Assembly (NCBI GenBank): GCA_963691875.1
Contig: OY829846.1
Span: 3,264,001 to 3,328,000 of the forward strand
Length of the DNA stretch: 64,000 nt
Source of the DNA: Aureliella sp.
GTDB lineage: Bacteria > Planctomycetota > Planctomycetia > Pirellulales > Pirellulaceae
Reading direction: 5' to 3'
The notes below the pieces were generated by a model, which had not been told where the DNA came from, did not search any database, and saw nothing but the letters and a program-made list of their open reading frames with translations. Position numbers and translations under genes: made by a program. Shown here one piece after another: positions 19,460-29,021 of the stretch (positions within the stretch are counted from its first letter, which is position 1; each line of letters starts with the position of its first letter).

Positions 19460-22400
19460 ATGCGCGCATCACCCCCTCTTCCATCTTTAATGTGCAGTCT
19501 CATTCTGTTTTCGATCGCGTCTGCACAAAGCGACACGAAAGAACAGAACATTCCACCGGTTTTCGGTTTGAAAGTCAAATATCAAGCCGGTGACATTTCC
19601 TTTGAGAGCATCGAAACAAGAGTCGCCTTTCATTCGGGCACTGGAGAAAGTGCCATACGGCTGCCATCCGGTACGCCTGTGAAAATCACTTGGACAGGCA
19701 TGCTGCAGGCTCCGGATGATGGCAAGTTCACACTGCACTTTTTCGCGCATGGAAAGCTAACCGTGAGAGTCGACAACAGGGTCGTGGTGGATCGAGCCGC
19801 AGCGGATACACCAACGTGGTTCGAAATGCCGGTTGAACTCACATTCGGCCCCAACGAATTCAAAGTCGAGTATTCATCGACGGGCGAAGAGGGAGAGTTG
19901 GGAGCCTACTGGTCGGGGCCAAACTTTCCACTCGAACCCATCGCGCCACGTTTTTTCAAGCATGTCCCGTTGGCTGATTCAGCAGCGGCAAGCTCCGGAC
20001 TCACCAATGAGAGTGCATTTGAACTCGGAGCAAAACTCTATCGTGCTCTTCGCTGTTCAGCTTGCCATGTCTTGAAGAGTCAGCAGGACGAGACTCCTTT
20101 GCGAGCTCCAGCATTGACACACCTGCAAGACAACTTGCGACCAAGCTGGCTGGTTGCTCACCTCCAAAGCAAAGCTCCTGCTGGCTCTACAGCAGATGAT
20201 CTGGCCGAGCGTCGAATGCCGTACTTTGAATTGGATCGCAATTCCGCCACGGCGATCTCAGCGGCTCTGTTCGAAGCTTCCCAAGCTTCAGCCCAAGAAG
20301 ATTTCATCGCGCAGGAACTGAAACAGCTTCGAAGCCGCCGGAAGAGAAAGGATCCGCCGATTCGCATGACGGCAGATCCAGAACTCGGGGCAGAGGTCTT
20401 CGCATCAAAGGGATGCTTGGCCTGCCATCGAGCTGAGGAACTGAGCAAGCCTCAGGATTGGAACCAAGTTCTTTTTGGCGGCGGAAGCTTGGACTTAACA
20501 GCTCAAAAGCGTACGCCACAGTTCCTTGCTCGCTGGCTCAAAGATCCTTCCGCTGTGAATGCGCAACATCGAATGCCAAGCTTCGAGCTAACAACGCACG
20601 AGCGGCTGGATTTGCAATCACACCTACGAACACTTGGCGGCGAGGACTCTCGTAACGACACTCGCGCCGCAGGTGACGTAGATCGAGGCATGGGCCTTAT
20701 CGCAGAGCATCGCTGTGCAGCTTGCCACGACCTCCCGAAAAGCCTTGAATCCCAGAATGCGGAAGAGAAGACTGAGCTCTCTGAAAACAGTGATTGGACA
20801 GCTGGTTGCTTGACAGCTGCCGACGATAAACGCTTTCTTCCTGGCTACGGCTTGAGCAAGGAACATCGCGATGCACTACAAACCTTCGTCAGCGGGCGAA
20901 AACAGACGACACAGTTTGGTGAACAATACTTGGCGGAAAACAATTGCCTTGCGTGCCACAGTCGTGACGAAGGAAAAGGGATTGCAGCGCACCTGGCCGA
21001 TGTGGCTGAAACTTATCCAAATACAGCTGCAAGACTTGCCGCGCTCTCACCTCCCTCGTTGACGGGCGTTGGCGACAAGTTAACGGATGAGGCACTGCTT
21101 GAAGCGATTGAAGGGCGACAAGCGAAACTAAGGCCTTGGCTTGAGGTCCAGATGCCCAAGTTTGCTCTAGAGGGCGATCAAGCGAAACGCATTCGAGAGT
21201 ACTTCATTGAAGCAGATCGCATTCCTGACCGAAAACCTACCCCCGGTACCCATCCGTTCGACAAGGGTGCAGAGCTCGCCGGTGCAAGACTGGTTGGCTC
21301 TCAAGGTTTCGGATGCACTAGCTGCCACTCAATCGGACCGTACGAATCGCCGCAGGTAGACTTGAAGGCACGCGGGCCAAACTTGGCGATGCCAGGTAAG
21401 CGAATTCGTGAGAGTTGGTACTACCGCTGGGTGGAGAATCCATCGAGGATCGTGCCGCGGATGGAGATGCCTGCAATTCAGACACCTGTAGCCGGCGTGC
21501 TCGGAGGAGATCTCGATCGTCAGCTGTCGGCTCTCTGGAGCACACTCAATCAACCTGATTTCAAACCTCCTAGGCCCAATCCAGTACGCGTCGTCCGCAG
21601 CCATAACATCTCAGACTACGCTGAAGATGCCAAAGTCGTGATGAGCGTCATCGAGTCGCCAGAGAAGACTTACTTGCGCCCAATGGCCATCGGATTACCG
21701 AACCGGCAGAACCTTCTATTTGATATCGAGGCTGGGAGCTTCGCAGGATGGTGGCTGGGCGACACAGCAAACCAGTACACCCGGGGAAAGACTTGGTACT
21801 GGGAATTTGGTTCTGAGTTTCTCAATCTCAAGAAAGGCTCGGTTAAAGCTCCGTTACTGCAAGAATTGCGTATGGTCGACAAACAAGGTTGGCAGTGGCG
21901 CCCTGCAGTTCGCGGACAAGTCGCCTTCAGTTTGGATTCGATCGAACACATTGAGGACGGACTGAAATGGCAAGGTGAGTTAAGTCTACGATCGAACCGC
22001 GGCAGCAACGTTAATCCAGAACTGACACAACTGCCAGTACAGTTCGTGTTGCGCGCCGACGGCGCGACAACACAGCTCAAAACAAGCGTGAAGCTTTCGG
22101 AAGAGGTGAAATCTTTGCAGCTTCATTCGGACGCAAAGCTAGAAGGCAACGCGTTTTCGGGCCGCAATTGGACGGTTCGTATCGACGATATCTCAGGAGC
22201 AGACTTGCAAACTGAATCAGGCATCGCCACTCTGGTTGTAAAGGAACGCGAAGTAAGTTGGACAACTCTGGTTGAGACCCCCTTAGCTGCCGACTCGATT
22301 CCCGTGCTGAACTTTGCCAAACCCAATATTCGCGCGCGGACGTTGGACTGCGTGCCGGGCTATGAAGCAGTGCGTCTTCCGCTTACGCGCCGAGAAATGC

Positions 22401-23761
22401 CGATTTCCTTTGCTTGGGGACCCAAGGGTGAACTCTATGCTGGATCTCTAAAAGGCAAAGTGCTGCGTCTGTTCGACGACGATGGCGACGGACTTGAGGA
22501 TCGCTATGAGCAGATCAGCGACACACTGCCCACTCCTTACGGCTTGCAAGTCAACGACGACGGGAGTGTAGACGCACTAAGTAAGTTTGCTTTGATTCGA
22601 CTTTCGCAAAGCAGGGATCGAAAGAGTGAAAACCTGCCAACTTGGAACAGCCGCATCATAGCCGATGGCTGGGGCTATACAGCGGACTACCACGACTGGG
22701 CGGTAGGGCTGGAGCGAGATGCATTAGGATGCTATTACGTAGTGCTACCTTGCCAGCAGGACGAGCGAACCGAAGCCGCAGCAAAATGGCGCGGCCACGC
22801 TCTGATGCTCTTGCCGTCGGATCGATTGCCTCGAACAACGAATATTCCCGGGCCTTCGCGAGAGTTCACTATTGTTTCTCTCGCCGCTGGACTTCGGTTT
22901 CCGATGGGCCTTGCCCGCCGGCAAGATGGACAACTTTTCGCCACGGACAACCAAGGCAACTACAACCCCTTCAATGAACTCAATCACATCCAGCGTGGCA
23001 AGCGATACGGATTCATCAATAAGCTCGAAAACAAGAATGGCTTCTCCCCGAGGTTTGAATCACCGGCGATTGAGCTCCCGCACCCATGGACACGAAGTGT
23101 AAACGGTATTTGCTGGCTCGAGACGCCTGAGTCGAGCGCCGAGCCCAATCGATTTGGGGCCTTCGAGGGCCATTTATTGGGCTGCGAAATGAATGGCCGG
23201 AGTTTGATACGCATGAGCCTGCAAAAAGTAGCAGGGCAGTATCAGGGGGCTGCCTACAATTTTAGTCTGCCTGGGCTTGATCCATCGAAAACCTTCGAGG
23301 GTCCGATCGTATGTGAAATCGCTCCAGACGGAGATATCTACGTTGGCAACTTGCAAGACAGTGGCTGGGGAGGCGGACAGAACACGGGTTCGATCGTACG
23401 CTTGCGTCCGACTGACGAGTTGCCGCTTGGAATCGCAGAAGTTCGCGCGAACGCGACTGGATTTGATATCGATTTCACACAACCAGTAGAACGGCAAAAG
23501 GCGGAAAAGGCAAAATTTCTGATTCGCTCTTATCGCCGTATCTCGACTCCTGCCTACGGTGGAAACGACCAAGATGAGAAGCTTGAAAAGGTTGCGAAAA
23601 CCCAAATCTCAAAAAATCGCCGCAGTTTGTCTCTTCGGCTGTCTGACGAACTTCGAGAAGGCTACGTTTACGAAATCAATATTCCAGCCATTGGCAAGTC
23701 AGAAACGAAACTCTTTCCGGCTCAAGCGCATTACACGATGAGAGCAGTTCCGATTAAGTAG
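19460..23761 (+). CDS. Exported pentaheme c-type cytochrome with PA14-like N-domain and C-terminal beta-propeller
   Basis: Signal peptide; CSACH, CLACH, CAACH, CLACH, CTSCH, several followed by RMP/QMP; DDDGDG, GLRFPMG, TDNQGNY, ELNHI propeller motifs. Confidence 0.88.
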   Translation: MRASPPLPSLMCSLILFSIASAQSDTKEQNIPPVFGLKVKYQAGDISFESIETRVAFHSGTGESAIRLPSGTPVKITWTGMLQAPDDGKFTLHFFAHGKLTVRVDNRVVVDRAAADTPTWFEMPVELTFGPNEFKVEYSSTGEEGELGAYWSGPNFPLEPIAPRFFKHVPLADSAAASSGLTNESAFELGAKLYRALRCSACHVLKSQQDETPLRAPALTHLQDNLRPSWLVAHLQSKAPAGSTADDLAERRMPYFELDRNSATAISAALFEASQASAQEDFIAQELKQLRSRRKRKDPPIRMTADPELGAEVFASKGCLACHRAEELSKPQDWNQVLFGGGSLDLTAQKRTPQFLARWLKDPSAVNAQHRMPSFELTTHERLDLQSHLRTLGGEDSRNDTRAAGDVDRGMGLIAEHRCAACHDLPKSLESQNAEEKTELSENSDWTAGCLTAADDKRFLPGYGLSKEHRDALQTFVSGRKQTTQFGEQYLAENNCLACHSRDEGKGIAAHLADVAETYPNTAARLAALSPPSLTGVGDKLTDEALLEAIEGRQAKLRPWLEVQMPKFALEGDQAKRIREYFIEADRIPDRKPTPGTHPFDKGAELAGARLVGSQGFGCTSCHSIGPYESPQVDLKARGPNLAMPGKRIRESWYYRWVENPSRIVPRMEMPAIQTPVAGVLGGDLDRQLSALWSTLNQPDFKPPRPNPVRVVRSHNISDYAEDAKVVMSVIESPEKTYLRPMAIGLPNRQNLLFDIEAGSFAGWWLGDTANQYTRGKTWYWEFGSEFLNLKKGSVKAPLLQELRMVDKQGWQWRPAVRGQVAFSLDSIEHIEDGLKWQGELSLRSNRGSNVNPELTQLPVQFVLRADGATTQLKTSVKLSEEVKSLQLHSDAKLEGNAFSGRNWTVRIDDISGADLQTESGIATLVVKEREVSWTTLVETPLAADSIPVLNFAKPNIRARTLDCVPGYEAVRLPLTRREMPISFAWGPKGELYAGSLKGKVLRLFDDDGDGLEDRYEQISDTLPTPYGLQVNDDGSVDALSKFALIRLSQSRDRKSENLPTWNSRIIADGWGYTADYHDWAVGLERDALGCYYVVLPCQQDERTEAAAKWRGHALMLLPSDRLPRTTNIPGPSREFTIVSLAAGLRFPMGLARRQDGQLFATDNQGNYNPFNELNHIQRGKRYGFINKLENKNGFSPRFESPAIELPHPWTRSVNGICWLETPESSAEPNRFGAFEGHLLGCEMNGRSLIRMSLQKVAGQYQGAAYNFSLPGLDPSKTFEGPIVCEIAPDGDIYVGNLQDSGWGGGQNTGSIVRLRPTDELPLGIAEVRANATGFDIDFTQPVERQKAEKAKFLIRSYRRISTPAYGGNDQDEKLEKVAKTQISKNRRSLSLRLSDELREGYVYEINIPAIGKSETKLFPAQAHYTMRAVPIK

Positions 23762-23815
23762 CGGACTGCATTCACTCACCCACAAAACCAACGCCTCAAA
23801 CTCGAGCACAGTACC

Positions 23816-25378
23816 ATGTTCAGTTACGCAAGTCAGTGCATGTTCAACCCGTTTGTCTTCGGGTTGATCGTTGCAACCGTGTGCCCCTGGAATGTTGCGC
23901 AAACTGCAGCACCATCAGAGGCAAATTCGGCGTTAACTGGCAAGCGTCCCAACATTGTCCTGATCATGGCCGACGATTTAGGATTCTCAGATTTGGGATG
24001 CTATGGCTCTGAGATTGAAACGCCAAACTTGGACCGGTTAGCAGAAGGCGGACTGCGGTTCAATCAGTTCTACAACACCGCAAAATGCCATTCCTCGAGG
24101 ATCTGCCTGCTGACGGGGCTTTATATGTTTCAAGCTGGTAATCAAAAGATGAACCGAGGTGTGACGCTTGCAGAGGCTCTCAAGCCGGCCGGGTACGAGG
24201 CATTCATGGCTGGCAAATGGCACCTAGACGGTCAGCCGACAGATCGCGGATTCGATCGCTACTTTGGACATTTAAGCGGCGCTACAAACTTCTTTACAGG
24301 TGATGATACCTTTAGACTTGATGGCAAACCCTATAAGGTCGCTGGGGATGACTTTTACACTACGGATGTAATGACAGACTACGCGATCGAGTTTCTTTCG
24401 GAACGTGACACGACCAAGCCGTTCCTGATGTACATCGCTTACAACGCGCCGCACTATCCGCTACACGTGAAAGAGAACGACTTCAAAAAGTACGAGGGGC
24501 GTTACGACACAGGTTGGGATCGCATCCGAGAAGCGAGGTTTGCAAAACAAAAGCAGTTGGGTCTGCTCCCTAAGGCTGTGTTGTCTCCCCGACCGCCCGA
24601 AGTAGCTGCCTGGGAGTCGCTTTCCACCGAAGAGCAAAAGTGGCAATCGGAGCGAATGTCCGCCTTCGCTGGCATGGTGGATTGCGTCGATCAAAACGTT
24701 GGGCGTTTGCTAGAACACCTAGAAAAAACTGGTCAGCGTGACAACACTTTATTCATGTTCTGCAGCGACAACGGCGCTTGTCCTTTCGAACGAACTAAAG
24801 GAAAGGAGCTTCGGCCTTGGGATCCGAAATCCTATTGGACCTATGATGTTGGCTGGGCTCATGTCGGGAACACGCCGTTTCGCTGGTACAAGCAGAATCA
24901 ACATGAAGGCGGTATCTCCTCGCCAATGATCGTCTCCTGGTCCGGCTTACAGACCCAGCCCGGGAGCATCACATCTCAGCCTGCTCACCTGATCGACTTC
25001 ATGGCGACTTGCGTCGATGCGGCTCAAGCGGAGTACCCAACTAAGTTCGGTGATCGCGAGATTACTCCCTTGCAAGGTAAATCTCTACTTCCAATTTTTT
25101 CGGGCAAAAAACGCAAGCCGCACGAATGGCTGTATTTCCAATTCTCGAACAACCGAGCCATCCGTAGCGGCGATGAAAAGTTGGTTTCGGTGAAAGGTCG
25201 GCCTTGGGAACTGTACGACCTTTCTGAGGATCGAAGTGAGTTAAAGGATCTCTCGATACGACAGCCGACTCGGGCGAAAGCACTAGAAAAGCTATGGTTT
25301 CATGTAGCGGAGAAGGTTGAGCAAGCTCCCAAGAACCTGCGAAAGCCCATCAAACCCAAAAGCAAGATCAAGAAGTAG
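23816..25378 (+). CDS. Arylsulfatase (S1 family)
   Basis: PNIVLIMADDLG, CHSSR..LLTG, GKWHL, APHYPL, SDNG, EGGI, ELYDL. Confidence 0.93.
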   Translation: MFSYASQCMFNPFVFGLIVATVCPWNVAQTAAPSEANSALTGKRPNIVLIMADDLGFSDLGCYGSEIETPNLDRLAEGGLRFNQFYNTAKCHSSRICLLTGLYMFQAGNQKMNRGVTLAEALKPAGYEAFMAGKWHLDGQPTDRGFDRYFGHLSGATNFFTGDDTFRLDGKPYKVAGDDFYTTDVMTDYAIEFLSERDTTKPFLMYIAYNAPHYPLHVKENDFKKYEGRYDTGWDRIREARFAKQKQLGLLPKAVLSPRPPEVAAWESLSTEEQKWQSERMSAFAGMVDCVDQNVGRLLEHLEKTGQRDNTLFMFCSDNGACPFERTKGKELRPWDPKSYWTYDVGWAHVGNTPFRWYKQNQHEGGISSPMIVSWSGLQTQPGSITSQPAHLIDFMATCVDAAQAEYPTKFGDREITPLQGKSLLPIFSGKKRKPHEWLYFQFSNNRAIRSGDEKLVSVKGRPWELYDLSEDRSELKDLSIRQPTRAKALEKLWFHVAEKVEQAPKNLRKPIKPKSKIKK

Positions 25379-25543
25379 GCCTACGGACTTCCCATTTTCT
25401 CAATTGACTCAAGAAGATCTCAAAAACGGCTGTTCCGGCTTATTTGCTAGAGCTCGGAGACGAATGCCCGAAAGGCCTCCATGCTCGGTCCGTAGAAGTC
25501 GTATTGAATTTCTTTGAGCAGCGACGGTGAAAGAGCGTTGCCG

Positions 25544-25591
25544 CCTATAGCCAGTTTCGGCCGTTGACCTATAGCCAGTTTCGGCCGTTGA
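25544..25591. repeat. Perfect 24-bp tandem duplication
   Basis: CCTATAGCCAGTTTCGGCCGTTGA x2, encoding QRPKLAIG x2 on the minus strand. Confidence 0.97.
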
Positions 25592-25638
25592 TCTAGAGGG
25601 TAGGTTCGATCCATTTCGTCACACAGCAAACGATTTTG

Positions 25639-25660
25639 CTGCAAGGCAACTGCAAGGCAA
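25639..25660. repeat. Perfect 11-bp tandem duplication causing a frameshift
   Basis: CTGCAAGGCAA x2. Confidence 0.97.
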
Positions 25661-26693
25661 GACTCGGATCTTGAACATGACAGTAGGAAACCCATATCAG
25701 ACAAGCCTCCATTTGCTTGGCAATCTGCACAATGGTCTGTGCGGGCAGGCTAGAGCCAACGTGATAAGCTTGCATTCCAGTTTCTTGAAGAACCATCTCA
25801 ACGGCAAGAGAGCCAAGTTCAGCGTAGTCTCCTTCCATGGTGCCACCAATTGCATTAACGCTCGGCACGGATCGCTGAATCATTCCACTCACGCTTCTCA
25901 AAAGCATTTTGAGATTGAATGTTGCGCGACGCTCGTCCGAGTACTGAATTGTACCTTTGGACCAACGAGCCCCGATCTCCCACATCGCAGGTGCAAGATA
26001 ATGATCGAAAAGCCAGGCTGAGCTTTTCTGCTTCAATAGAATTTGGCTAACCAGCGGTTCTAGTCGCTTGAGTTTTCCTTGAAGTAGAGCGTCAGCGACT
26101 TGCGCTGAGCTCAGGTCTCTCTCAGCAATCTTCCGTCGGTACCTTTTCTTGCTTTTCTGCCCGCTTAGCCACCGCGCAACATCAGCCGCGTCCAGCCGGC
26201 GGTGGCCGCCGACCGTCTTGTGCGCTCGCAACTCCCCCAGTTCACAATAACGCTGGACGGTCGACCGGCTCACCCCCATCAATCGAGCAGCTTCGGAGCA
26301 ACTCAAGTAATCTCTCTGAGCTTGAGTAGACATGTAACGCTTTTACTCCGAGCGTGACTCCCTGAAACTCTTCAAGCTTGTGGTCGTATCTCCGGCCCAA
26401 AGTTTGCTATTCAATTCGACTAAATGAACGAATTGATTCAAAGATCGGAAGACAATGGCCTGCACGATGGTAGCGATTGCAGGGGAAAAACCGTTCACCG
26501 AGAGAACACTAGCATGCAGCCTATAATCGTTACACAGAGAGTGCACAGCTTCTGACACGCCCGATTGGCCTATTTGAACGTTTTGCCTTGACTCGATTTA
26601 TTCTGGGTCTAGTAAATCCGGCACGCCTGATGCGGGGTCATTCGAAACTTTGGTCCGTTAGTTGTCTCTTCTTAGTATGGCGAAACCACACCG

Positions 26694-27373
26694 ATGTCAC
26701 TCAAGCTCAGAATACTGATGGCTGGGTTTGCTTTCCCAGCCATGAACATTGCGGCGATCTTGTTCATGGGCTCCCGCGATGCCTCGCAGAAAGCAATTGC
26801 AGCCAGGGTCGACAAGGCATGTTCGATTTGCCTCTCTGCGGAGTCTGCGCGTGCAGGCGGAGAAAAGCAGTGGTCCTCGGTCATCTTTGATACGAAAACC
26901 CCTCAGGCTTGGGGCGAAGAGGAGAAGATGCTGTCAACGGTGCCAGCTGTGACAGCCTGGGCAACCGCGATGGACAAGGCAGAGGAAGGTCTATGTGAGT
27001 TTCGTGTTCCAGCCTTGAACCCAAGGAATCCTGCAAATCATCCGACGCCGCTGGAGAAGAAAGCTCTGCTGGCCCTCAGGAATGATGGCCTCGAGGAATA
27101 TTACGTGGTTAACAAAGAAACCAACTCGGTACACTACTTCCGCCCGGTTCGTCTAGCTGAAAACTGCTGAATCTGCCATGGCGATCCTGCAACATCGAAG
27201 AATTGTCCGATGCAAGTACTGATGTTAGCAGCCAGATTACCATCGTTGCGAACGGATCGGCGACCACCTCAGAACAAGTGGAGAACAGTGCGAGTTTGAT
27301 TTCTGAAATCGAGTCAGTCTCAGATGACCTACCTCGTGTTGTCGGGCTGCCCGTAGATACAAATAGAAGGTAA
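26694..27373 (+). pseudogene. Methyl-accepting chemotaxis protein with DUF3365-like heme sensor; nonsense codon and internal deletion
   Basis: TM helix, FRVPALNPRNPANHP, HYFRPVRLAENC*ICHGDPATSK (TGA at 27168 inside CxxCH), then an out-of-frame MCP-like tail NIEELSDASTDVSSQITIVANGSATTSEQV..*. Confidence 0.8.
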
Positions 27374-27523
27374 TGACAGGTAACGCCGGAAAGCTGAAAG
27401 GGCATTCGTGGGTTCTTGTCCAACAGCCCAGAGGCAAAAGACTGCGTCGGTCTGCTTCTTTCAGGCGTGTTCTCAGGAAGACAATAGAGGCCAGTAGTTG
27501 AGGGGCAATGGATTGCCTCTTTC

Positions 27524-28468
27524 TTATTCCAGCCCGGTCGGTACAGGGGCCTCAAGTTCCAACTTCTTTTTGGTTGATGGGCAATTCAGTCGCATTCTCC
27601 AAGCGTGCAGTTGATAGCCTAAATCACTGGGCACGCCGGCATGGCTTAGCAATTTGGCACTCGGACCGTACATCGGATCTCCAACGAGCGGGTGACCAAT
27701 GGAGGCCAAATGAATCCTGATCTGATGCGGCCTTCCGGTATAGAGGTCAACCTCCATGACCGTGTTCTCTCCGCGCTCTCGCGCGACTCTGGCGACGGAT
27801 CGCGATGCTTTGCCGGAGGCTGAAACCGAATGGACTGTCCCAAGCTTTGGATGATCTATTGGACCAATCGGTACTTTGATGTCATACACGGGCTGGTTGG
27901 GCCGACCTGCGACCATGGCCAAGTAAGTCTTTTCAACCTCCTTCCAGTGTCGCGACCAGTGGCGAGCTGAGTTCTGATCTTTTGCGAAAAGAACTACCCC
28001 GGAAGTGCCGCGACCGAGCCGATGAAGCGGTCGCGGGGCGTTTGTAAATCGCTCATGGACAAGATGCAAGAGCGTGTTCTCCAAGAACCCTCCCCCCGGG
28101 ATCGTAGGTAAACCAGCTGGCTTGTTAACCGCAAGCAATGATTCGTCTTCGTAAAGAACAGAAAATGAACGTGGCACTGTCGCTTCTAGCCATCCAGGTC
28201 GATTCCAAATGACCCTATCGCCATTGCTACTTGGACAATCCGCCCTCAGTAACCGCCCGCCCAACATGATCTCGCCTTGCAGTATCCGCTCGAGCCACTG
28301 TTGCTGAGTCGAGTGATGAAAGTACCTCTCAAGCAACTGAGAAATTGTCTCGCCGGGCAAGCTATCCTGGATCTGGAACTTGTATGAGTAGCCGGCATTC
28401 TTGTGTGGAAGCGTCTCTCCCATTGTCTTCTTCTGTTCGATCTGGCGACAGCTGCGGTAGAGAATCAC
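27524..28468 (-). CDS. RluA-family pseudouridine synthase-like protein, catalytic Asp replaced by Gly
   Basis: VNKPAGLPT, HRLGRGTSG, TGRPHQIRIH, GHPLVGDPMY, LHAW. Start is GTG 28468 or ATG 28423. Confidence 0.92.
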   Translation of the reverse strand: MILYRSCRQIEQKKTMGETLPHKNAGYSYKFQIQDSLPGETISQLLERYFHHSTQQQWLERILQGEIMLGGRLLRADCPSSNGDRVIWNRPGWLEATVPRSFSVLYEDESLLAVNKPAGLPTIPGGGFLENTLLHLVHERFTNAPRPLHRLGRGTSGVVLFAKDQNSARHWSRHWKEVEKTYLAMVAGRPNQPVYDIKVPIGPIDHPKLGTVHSVSASGKASRSVARVARERGENTVMEVDLYTGRPHQIRIHLASIGHPLVGDPMYGPSAKLLSHAGVPSDLGYQLHAWRMRLNCPSTKKKLELEAPVPTGLE

Positions 28469-28919
28469 TCACTCACGAACTGAACTTGATGGGCTTCCAG
28501 CCAATTCGGCGGCTCACACCTTAATGCAAATTCTTGGATAACATGAGTCAGCACCGACGGCGAACGTTGACTGATTTGCTGCAACGGCGGCTCAATGAAG
28601 ACAAGTTCAATCTGAGGCCGCTAGTCGGAAAACAGTTGTAACCAACGACTCCGAGTTTGTCGAAGCAGGTTCGTAGCGTTAGAGGCGAATGCCCTCGGTA
28701 ATCAAGTGTACGCGACACTGCAGCACTAGTTCATTTGCCTCTGAAAAGTGGGTGCTGACATTGGTTCCGTCCAGCTTCTCTTCCACGATCTGCGACACGT
28801 CCGCGATAAATTTCTGCAAGCTACGATTGTCCATATGTTTAATCGTCTTCTGTTCCCTTGGGCCCGAACAGGTGCTGAGTCCTTGGGTATTTGACAAATT
28901 TTCCGTGTGAGGTGCCCAT
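28465..28919 (-). pseudogene. RNA-repair operon remnant: RNA ligase 5' end fused to the 3' end of a kinase (AAA_33/PNK-like) gene
   Basis: [26 protein letters not shown]/fs/[26 protein letters not shown]; junction near 28690; then [44 protein letters not shown]. Confidence 0.8.
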
Positions 28920-29021
28920 AGCTGCATTCTCGAACTAGGCCCAGCTCATAAGGTGTGAGCAGAACGGCATTAGTGATCTATCGATTCAGTGAGCCGCATC
29001 GCTGCGAGGCATCGGGCACGC

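Larger units (their letters stand above)
25447..26333 (-). pseudogene. HTH plus B12-binding-like (CarH/LitR-like) regulator, frameshifted
   Basis: HTH EAARLMGVSRSTVQRYC..TVGGHRR; APAMWEIGARW cap. An 11-bp duplication at 25639-25660 shifts the frame, and the C-terminus (..LAIGGNAL..FVSEL*) continues in the 25447..25704 frame. Confidence 0.82.

Noticed and set aside
27168..27170. TGA inside CxxCH as selenocysteine or readthrough
   Set aside because: It occupies a variable position, not a Cys position, and the gene is also broken about 20 nt downstream. A nonsense mutation is simpler.
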